From: an uncultured Candidatus Saccharibacteria bacterium | GTDB taxonomy: Bacteria > Patescibacteriota > Saccharimonadia > CAILAD01 > GCA-016700035 | Assembly: GCA_964613485.1 (NCBI GenBank) | Contig: CAZTHB010000001.1 | Span: 21,064 to 85,063, forward strand | DNA length: 64,000 bases | Direction: 5' to 3' | In this document: piece after piece, positions 20,352 through 26,539 of the stretch | Numbering within the stretch: position 1 is the stretch's first letter | How the letters are laid out: every line of letters begins with the position of its first letter | Notes under the pieces: generated by a model | Databases searched by the model: none | Told to the model about the DNA's origin: nothing | Seen by the model: only the letters and a program-made list of their open reading frames with translations | Program-made: the position numbers and the translations under genes

Positions 20352-20482
20352 AACGATATGTTTCGAATACGTTTATTTACAATAGATTATAGTATACCCC
20401 ATATACCAAAAAAGCCGCCGAGCAAATGCTCATACGGCCTTTCTGTTGCACACCTCGTCTAGAGGCGATGGTTTTCACCAGC

Positions 20483-21682
20483 TTATTGGTTGCGAAGTGC
20501 GCTTGTCAGAGCCTTGCGGCTACGACGGTAGAAGTAACCTGCATAGGTCAACCCGGTTGTACCGAGAAGACCAGCTGCAGCCCCTTCAAGACCAGTCTCC
20601 GGCAGGCTTGTACCTGTTCCGCCAGTAGTTGGCGTAGTAGGAGTTACTGTTGGAGTAGGATTACAGCGGCTATCGCCTACTGGAATACCTGGCTTACATT
20701 CCTGTGGTCCTGCGACCGTTACCTTGGTGTGAGCTTCAGCAAACTTCATTTGTTCGCCAACCTTTACACCTGCAACGTTCTTCAGGTCGTAATTACCTGG
20801 CTTAAGCTTAGAATCAATCTTAGCCTGATACAGTACGTACCCTACAGCACCTGGAGCATAATCGCCGATATTGATACCGCCCTTAGTGAGGCCATCAGAG
20901 ACAGCCACAGCATCAGGATGGTTACCATTGGCAAGCTTGGTGCTTCCCTGAACGTAAGTTACGTTTGCAGGAAGCGTATCTGCAATCTGAACGTTCTTCA
21001 AGACAGTGTTACCACCGTTTTGGAACTTGATGCGATACTCAAGCGTATCACCAGACTTAGCAGTGTTCTCGGTAACCCAGTCTTTTTGACCAAGTACGCG
21101 GACTTGCTTCGAAATACCAACAATGTCGGTCTTCACACGAAGCTTAACAGTGATTGTAGCTTCGAAGTTAAAGCAAGGCTTTGCGTTCTCGAGGACAACT
21201 CCACCATTCAAGAGCGCTTGCTCCTGAGCTGGGGTGAGGCCTTCAGTTACCCAGTTTGGCTGCTCGTTGGTGCCTTTGTTGTGACGCCACATAGCGGTAC
21301 CAGGAACCATTTCGAGATAGCTGTTGTCTGGAGCGAGATTGACGGTAGCATTGGTGTTTACAGTGTTACCATTGTCGGCACTAATCGTGCCGTTGATTTT
21401 TTGAATTTTGCCAGCAGCAGTTGGAAGCTGCAATTTGGCCTTGAGGTTTTGAGCGACTTTTCCGCTGTCAGCATTCTCCATGTTGTGATACCACAACTGA
21501 ACCTGGACAGTTTCATCAGTCTTTGCATTGGTGCTTGCATTGTACATTTGTTCACCGGCCGAAGCGTTTGCAACACCGAGACGTGATTCGAGACGAACCG
21601 TGTCAGTAGCATGCGCAGCAAGCGGGGTGAGTACGAGACCAGCAGCCAGAACTACATTACGTAGCTTAGTAAGCAGTGTCAT
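20483..21682 (-). CDS. LPXTG-anchored cell-surface protein (sortase substrate)
   Basis: N-terminal signal peptide MTLLTKLRNVVLAAGLVLTPLAAHA. C-terminal LPETG, a hydrophobic segment and a RRSRK tail. Confidence 0.8.
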   Translation of the reverse strand: MTLLTKLRNVVLAAGLVLTPLAAHATDTVRLESRLGVANASAGEQMYNASTNAKTDETVQVQLWYHNMENADSGKVAQNLKAKLQLPTAAGKIQKINGTISADNGNTVNTNATVNLAPDNSYLEMVPGTAMWRHNKGTNEQPNWVTEGLTPAQEQALLNGGVVLENAKPCFNFEATITVKLRVKTDIVGISKQVRVLGQKDWVTENTAKSGDTLEYRIKFQNGGNTVLKNVQIADTLPANVTYVQGSTKLANGNHPDAVAVSDGLTKGGINIGDYAPGAVGYVLYQAKIDSKLKPGNYDLKNVAGVKVGEQMKFAEAHTKVTVAGPQECKPGIPVGDSRCNPTPTVTPTTPTTGGTGTSLPETGLEGAAAGLLGTTGLTYAGYFYRRSRKALTSALRNQ

Positions 21683-21843
21683 GTATGACTCCTTTCTTTC
21701 GAGACCCTTCTGAAAAGAAGGAAGCTCGGAAAGTGCTTATGTTATGTAATATGATTGCTTTGCCGTCAATCGGTAATATTCGACGTATGCACTTCTATTA
21801 AGCTTGTGAAAGGTCGCTCCACCAGATGGTGTATGACCTGTAG

Positions 21844-21872
21844 ATATTATCATACTTAAGCATTTTTGTCAA
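21844..21872 (-). promoter_or_regulatory. Near-consensus sigma70 promoter (TTGACA-17-TAATAT) driving the LPXTG gene
   Basis: The reverse complement reads ttgaca aaaatgcttaagtatga taatat. Lies about 160 nt upstream of the ATG at 21682. Confidence 0.55.
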
Positions 21873-21953
21873 TATATTTTGTCTCGTTTTTAAGTGGGTG
21901 TGGCAGCTCAGGATATCTTGATGCTGCGCACAATCTGTAAATAAAAAAGAATG

Positions 21954-21984
21954 GGGGCCGAGCGCTTGCGCGCTCGGCCCCGGG
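21954..21984 (-). terminator. GC-rich intrinsic terminator at the left edge of the GC-rich island
   Basis: Perfect 12-bp stem ggggccgagcgc/gcgctcggcccc with loop ttgc. On the minus strand it is followed by attctttttta. Confidence 0.65.
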
Positions 21985-22028
21985 TTTGAACCTGAACATA
22001 CAGCCGAGTCGGAAGGGTCTTCCCCTAC

Positions 22029-23087
22029 TTAGCAGTATGCAGGCGGATTGGCCGTCTGACAGGGGTCACCCACTGCCGGCGGGTCGGTCGTCACCGGCGC
22101 CTCGGGAGGCGGGGTGGGAGCGAAGCTCACCGGAGGGGTCGCCCCCGGCGGGATGGTGGATCCCGGCACCGTCGTCCCCGGGTTGTAGCCCGGAGTCGGC
22201 GGCAGCGTCGAAGGCGGCTGGTACGGCGGGGTGCTGACGTCGCCACCACCACCACACACCCAGACGCCACCGACCAGCTTCCACCCCTTCTCACACTTCC
22301 AGGCCGTCGTCGTCGGGGACGGCGGCACGGTGGTGCTCGAGGGTGTCGGTGGGACGGTGGTCGACGGAGTCGTCACGGTAGCCGGAGGCTTCGGCACGGT
22401 CGGGGGCGGCAGCTTGGGCTGCCTGGGCGACGGCGGCGTGGTCTTCGGCGGGACAGCCGGCGGGAACGATTGCTCCACCGGTTGGAATCCGCAGTCGAGC
22501 TTGAGGTTCTTCACACCCTGGGGCGTGTCGAATCTCAGCACCGCGAAGGACGGCTTGTCCGGAGAGGCGTTGTACACCTCCGGGATCTGTCGTCCCTCGG
22601 GAACCATGTAGAGGGTCTTGTAAGCACCCTTCACGGTCTCGATGCGCGGGTTGCCCTGCGCGACCGCGTCGGTCACTGCCAGAATCGTGAGGCGCCAGGC
22701 CTCCTGGTTCTGGATCAGATTGGCCGTCTTGTCGACACGCTCGTCCGGAGACGAGAAGGCGCCCGTGATGTACTCCTGCAGTGCGACCGCCAGAGCGGGG
22801 TCGGTGCAGAGGCGCCTCTTCAGCTCGACCTGAGCCTGCGAAGCCTCCTCGGGAACAGCAGGACCGAAGCGATGACCGCCAGCGTCCTGAGCCCAGAAGT
22901 AGACCCCGTTCACACAGGTCTGTTCCCCACCGGGGTTGGCCGTTGTGGTGGTCGTTGTGGTGGGTTCGTCGGCACGGGGATTGTCGTCCCCGCTTGCCTC
23001 CTTCGCGGCGAGGACGCCACCGAGGAGCAGAAGTGCGCTGAAGAACAGCGCCATGATCGTGATGACTCTGCGTTGCATGAGCATCAT
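22029..23087 (-). CDS. Secreted Pro/Thr-rich protein with Cys-containing ends (island gene c)
   Basis: Signal peptide LFFSALLLLGGVLAA, a TTTTTT and PT-rich linker, GC3-rich codons. The start is probably the internal ATG at 23078, 9 nt after the AAGGA SD. Confidence 0.6.
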   Translation of the reverse strand: MMLMQRRVITIMALFFSALLLLGGVLAAKEASGDDNPRADEPTTTTTTTANPGGEQTCVNGVYFWAQDAGGHRFGPAVPEEASQAQVELKRRLCTDPALAVALQEYITGAFSSPDERVDKTANLIQNQEAWRLTILAVTDAVAQGNPRIETVKGAYKTLYMVPEGRQIPEVYNASPDKPSFAVLRFDTPQGVKNLKLDCGFQPVEQSFPPAVPPKTTPPSPRQPKLPPPTVPKPPATVTTPSTTVPPTPSSTTVPPSPTTTAWKCEKGWKLVGGVWVCGGGGDVSTPPYQPPSTLPPTPGYNPGTTVPGSTIPPGATPPVSFAPTPPPEAPVTTDPPAVGDPCQTANPPAYC

Positions 23088-23142
23088 TCCTTTCGGTTCG
23101 AGTGTTCAGGTTCGGAGTTTTTACGTTTTTACACAACCTATT

Positions 23143-23158
23143 GATGAGCATGCTCATC
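23143..23158. promoter_or_regulatory. Perfect 16-bp palindrome GATGAGCATGCTCATC in the AT-rich region upstream of island gene c
   Basis: Self-complementary when read directly. Candidate operator for a dimeric regulator. Confidence 0.4.
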
Positions 23159-23181
23159 CACAGGAGAATGAAAAAACTTGT

Positions 23182-23210
23182 TTGGTGAGGGTCCGAAGAC
23201 CCCCACCAAA
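23182..23210 (-). terminator. Intrinsic terminator of island gene b
   Basis: ttggtgagggtc-cgaa-gacccccaccaa stem (one mismatch) with a T-tract on the minus strand. Confidence 0.5.
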
Positions 23211-23230
23211 CGTACTGACGAGAAGCCAGA

Positions 23231-24103
23231 TCAGGAGGAACTACGCGCTCCGGCCGAGGCCGAAGCACCGACCGCCACCCTGGGTTGCACCTGAGTCGGC
23301 GTGCCACCCCCACCGGAAGGCGAGGTGGTGACCGAGGCAGGTGCCGGCGGTGCCGGAGTGGTACCCGTCGAGGCCGAAGCACCCGCAGCTGCGGTGACGG
23401 CGGTCGAGGAATCCCCCGACCGCACACCGAGCACGTGAGCGACGATCACGACAAGCACCGTGAACAGGCCGGCCAGACCGAGCTGATTCGGCCTGTTCCA
23501 CTCCTCCAAGAGCATGGCGATGATCCACCAGCTGATGAAGAAGGTCCCGATCGTGAGCCCCGCGAAGAGCGCCCAGCTGATACCGCTCGAATCCGAGCGG
23601 ATGCTGGCGATGGCCTTGGCCATCGCGCTGTGCTGGGAGTCCAACCGGTTCAGTGTCGGATCGACGATGTCGTGTCGCCACGACTTGATCGCCTTGAGCG
23701 ACGCATCGTGGGCCTCGACCTGCACCTCCACGGCGAGCAGACGATCCGAGAAGGACTGGATCTGCTCCTGAGCGGACCTGGCCGCGTTCTGGGCGACCAA
23801 GAGGTCGTTGGCGAAGGCGTCGGACTTCTTGACCTTGGCCTCGAGATCGTTGACGCGCTGGTCGAGGAAGGCGATGGTAGCCACCTTCTCATTCAGCTCG
23901 TCGAGCTGCTGCCGGAAGGCAGCATCGGAGGTACGCGACTGGAGGCCGCTGATCTCCTTCTGGATCTGTGGGATCAGCTCGCCCCGCATGTTGTCGGACG
24001 AAGCAGCCAGGATGGCGACGAGCTTCTTGAGCTGGTCGACATCGGCGCGCAACGCCGGTACGAGTCGCCGATCGGTGACAGGTGTGGAAATCGGGTGTGT
24101 CAT
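23231..24103 (-). CDS. Coiled-coil membrane protein with two TM helices and a Ser/Thr/Ala/Gly/Pro-rich tail (island gene b)
   Basis: Heptad-like N-terminal half, hydrophobic segments ISWALFAGLTIGTFFISWWIIAMLL and LGLAGLFTVLVVIVAHVLG, GC3-rich codons. A TTGATT-17-TATGTT promoter and an AAAGGGG RBS lie upstream. Confidence 0.6.
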   Translation of the reverse strand: MTHPISTPVTDRRLVPALRADVDQLKKLVAILAASSDNMRGELIPQIQKEISGLQSRTSDAAFRQQLDELNEKVATIAFLDQRVNDLEAKVKKSDAFANDLLVAQNAARSAQEQIQSFSDRLLAVEVQVEAHDASLKAIKSWRHDIVDPTLNRLDSQHSAMAKAIASIRSDSSGISWALFAGLTIGTFFISWWIIAMLLEEWNRPNQLGLAGLFTVLVVIVAHVLGVRSGDSSTAVTAAAGASASTGTTPAPPAPASVTTSPSGGGGTPTQVQPRVAVGASASAGARSSS

Positions 24104-24220
24104 GGTTCCCCTTTTGTGGAGGTTCGTTCTCGTCCCCTATTGAAACGAGAGATACCCCAACATACCATACTTTCATAAAAAAATCAATACCTTTACCAAG
24201 CATAAGTGGTGTAATTAAGA

Positions 24221-24257
24221 AAAAAAACAGGGTACCTGGCCCGAAGGCCAGGTACCC
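24221..24257 (-). terminator. Intrinsic terminator of island gene a
   Basis: Perfect 12-bp stem gggtacctggcc-cgaa-ggccaggtaccc followed on the minus strand by tgtttttttt. Confidence 0.7.
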
Positions 24258-24275
24258 GTGTAGCTAACACGTACG

Positions 24276-25967
24276 TCAGCTATACATTCCTGCCAGAACG
24301 TCCGCCACCGAAGCAGTGGGGTTCTCGCGGTAGAAGTCGACAGCCGACCGATACGTGGCCTCCTGGACGCCGACGGCAACGAGCACCGGCGGAGCCTGTG
24401 GAGGCTGATCGTTCGGAGCCTGGTCGTCGGAGCCATCTGCGCCTTCCGGCTCGATGATTTCGGCGACTTCAGCCTCAAGCGCATCGCTCGCGGGCTCATC
24501 ACCCGTCAGCTCTGCATCAGCCTGCCAGTCGAAGACCGGCTCGGCATCAGCTGTGGTAAGAGCAGCTGCATCCGGCCGGTCAGCAGAGTCGTCAGAACCT
24601 TCGGGTTCGTCTGTCTCTGCCTGCCAGTCATAGGGCCTATCGGTGGACGAGCCATCCTCTCGAGTGATGCGAACACCACCTCCAGGTAGGCTGCCAACGC
24701 TCTTGACTGGCGCCGGCGGAGTGGTCACGTTCCCGGTCGAGAACAGACTCTCCACGGGTTCCGAGGCCGATTCACTACCGGCCTGATCGTGATCCGGCCT
24801 CGCGGCCGAATCACCCGACCGTGCAGCCCTGCGAGCTGCCTTGACGGCCGCCTTGGTACGAGCATCCCAGCCCTCGTCCGACTCACCTTCGAGCCGGACG
24901 AGGGTCTCCCCCGTACGATGCACTCGGAACTGACGCTCGGGGTCGAGCACTTCAGCTTCGGATGAACCGTCACCGGAGCCAGCGTCAACCGGCTCGGCCC
25001 CTTCGGAACCCTTGTCGGGCTCCGGAGAAACAGGATCGTGCTGTGTGACCGGCAGGGGTGGCGGCGAAGGTAGGGTGGCCTCCACCTCGCGAGAACGAGG
25101 CTCGCGGGTACGCTCCGGCTTCGGCTTGGTGCCGGGCCAGAACCACTCCGCGAGGAACTCCTCGGGCTCGCGCTCCTCCCTGGACATCCAGAAGGCAGTG
25201 GTATAGTACCAGGCCTTCTTTCTCAGGTCCGCATCTGCATCGAGCTCTTCTCGAGACGGTGAATAGGCTTCATCGCCCTTGCCGATCCTGAAGAGACGAT
25301 CTTCGTCCACGCCGAGCTTCATGCCCAGGGTGTAGATCTGATTCGCCAGCTCCATGATGTCCTCACCACCGTAGTTGCGAGCCATCACGATGTGCTCCAT
25401 CAGCTGCGCCTTGGCTTCCTCGACCGTCAAGCGGACCGACGAGACCAGGACGGCAGCTTCATCCGACCCTTCGGCGCCCTCTTCGGGCACCTCGGGTTCG
25501 GCGATGATGGAATGCGCGGTGGCGACCCACTCAGCAACCGCCTCACGAAGCTCCTTGCGAGCCTGCGTGGCGGCAGTGATGAGCATCTGGTCACCACCCG
25601 AGATCTCGGAGGCATACCAGTCGCGAATCCGCTGCAGCGCAGCTCCCGCGTCGGGATCGATACCAGCTGCGATGAGCTGATCGATCATGTCCCTGACGAG
25701 GATCCGTCGCGGCTTGTCGTCGCCAGAAACACCAGAAGCGGTGCCTTCGGAATCCGTAGCCGGCTCGGCGGCGTCATCCGTCTCAGACGGCTCGGCGGCT
25801 GGATCTGTCGAATCGGAGTCCCCCGACTCGTCTTCGATCTCGGCACGAGGCATGAACGAGATGACCTGAGCGAGTGCCGGGTCATCCTCGTCACCCTTGG
25901 TGAACAGGTCTGGCGACAAGTCCTCGAAGGACCTGAGGATACGAGTATTCATGGGTCGGGGAGACAT
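24276..25967 (-). CDS. Highly acidic hypothetical protein, 563 aa (island gene a)
   Basis: Strong SD AGGGAGGAG 4 nt before the ATG. GC3 is about 65% versus about 45% in the flanking genes. D/E/P/A-rich with no recognisable catalytic motif. Confidence 0.6.
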   Translation of the reverse strand: MSPRPMNTRILRSFEDLSPDLFTKGDEDDPALAQVISFMPRAEIEDESGDSDSTDPAAEPSETDDAAEPATDSEGTASGVSGDDKPRRILVRDMIDQLIAAGIDPDAGAALQRIRDWYASEISGGDQMLITAATQARKELREAVAEWVATAHSIIAEPEVPEEGAEGSDEAAVLVSSVRLTVEEAKAQLMEHIVMARNYGGEDIMELANQIYTLGMKLGVDEDRLFRIGKGDEAYSPSREELDADADLRKKAWYYTTAFWMSREEREPEEFLAEWFWPGTKPKPERTREPRSREVEATLPSPPPLPVTQHDPVSPEPDKGSEGAEPVDAGSGDGSSEAEVLDPERQFRVHRTGETLVRLEGESDEGWDARTKAAVKAARRAARSGDSAARPDHDQAGSESASEPVESLFSTGNVTTPPAPVKSVGSLPGGGVRITREDGSSTDRPYDWQAETDEPEGSDDSADRPDAAALTTADAEPVFDWQADAELTGDEPASDALEAEVAEIIEPEGADGSDDQAPNDQPPQAPPVLVAVGVQEATYRSAVDFYRENPTASVADVLAGMYS

Positions 25968-26111
25968 AGTCTCCTCCCTTCTGTGGTCGTAGTCGAAATG
26001 TAATGGTGCAAAAACACTTCCCCATCAGAGGAGCGTCTGAGTAAAAGTAACATATTTTTGCTAATTGGTCAATGCCTAACACCTCGTCTCGACAAAGACG
26101 GAATCAAAAAT

Positions 26112-26139
26112 ACTTAGCACGCTTACTAGTGTACTAAGT
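26112..26139. promoter_or_regulatory. Imperfect inverted repeat ACTTAGCAC-N10-GTACTAAGT upstream of island gene a
   Basis: 8/9 arm complementarity, in the AT-rich spacer between the 117-aa gene stop and the island gene a start. Confidence 0.3.
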
Positions 26140-26162
26140 ATTCTATGAAACTAACGTGTTGA

Positions 26163-26516
26163 CTATTGAGCGGTGGCGCGGGCCTGAGCCTGTCGCATCA
26201 CTGCTTGCTGATCAGCTACGAGATTGTTCTCAACTTCGATCACCGTCTTCGCCAGGATCTCATCGAAGTCAGGCAATCTATCACGCAAAGCCTGCTCTAC
26301 TTGATCGCCAGATCCAGCGTCAATCAACCCCTCGATATAGGCCATATCGGTTTCGGATAGTCGCTCAGCTGCCTGGTTGATGACGCTCGAGATTACAAGC
26401 TGACTCATCTGATCTGCAAGCTGCTGCTTTTGTTCTTCGGTTGCCTGTGCCATACCGAGGCGTGTAAATACATCTTGGCTCGGCTGGACGGTTGGGTTTT
26501 GCGTGGTTTGGTCCAT
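26163..26516 (-). CDS. Small acidic helical protein (117 aa), hypothetical
   Basis: ORF 24 nt downstream of the 999-aa gene on the same strand, so probably co-transcribed. Confidence 0.5.
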   Translation of the reverse strand: MDQTTQNPTVQPSQDVFTRLGMAQATEEQKQQLADQMSQLVISSVINQAAERLSETDMAYIEGLIDAGSGDQVEQALRDRLPDFDEILAKTVIEVENNLVADQQAVMRQAQARATAQ

Positions 26517-26539
26517 AGTATTCTCCTTAAATTACCTTT

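Noticed and set aside
20426-21586. 386-aa plus-strand ORF (Cys-rich, no motifs) overlapping the LPXTG gene
   Set aside because: It is antisense to a gene with clear biological signatures (signal peptide, LPETG sorting signal, own promoter). Its composition is odd and it has no RBS, so it is treated as a shadow ORF.
22291-24178. Multiple long overlapping ORFs in both strands of the GC-rich island (e.g. 22291-23427 minus, 378 aa; 23285-24178 plus, 297 aa) that are Arg/Gly/Pro-rich
   Set aside because: This is a typical high-GC artefact, since stop codons are rare in GC-rich DNA. The chosen frames are the ones with RBSs, signal/TM features, sensible amino-acid composition and terminators. The others have Arg-rich nonsense composition.
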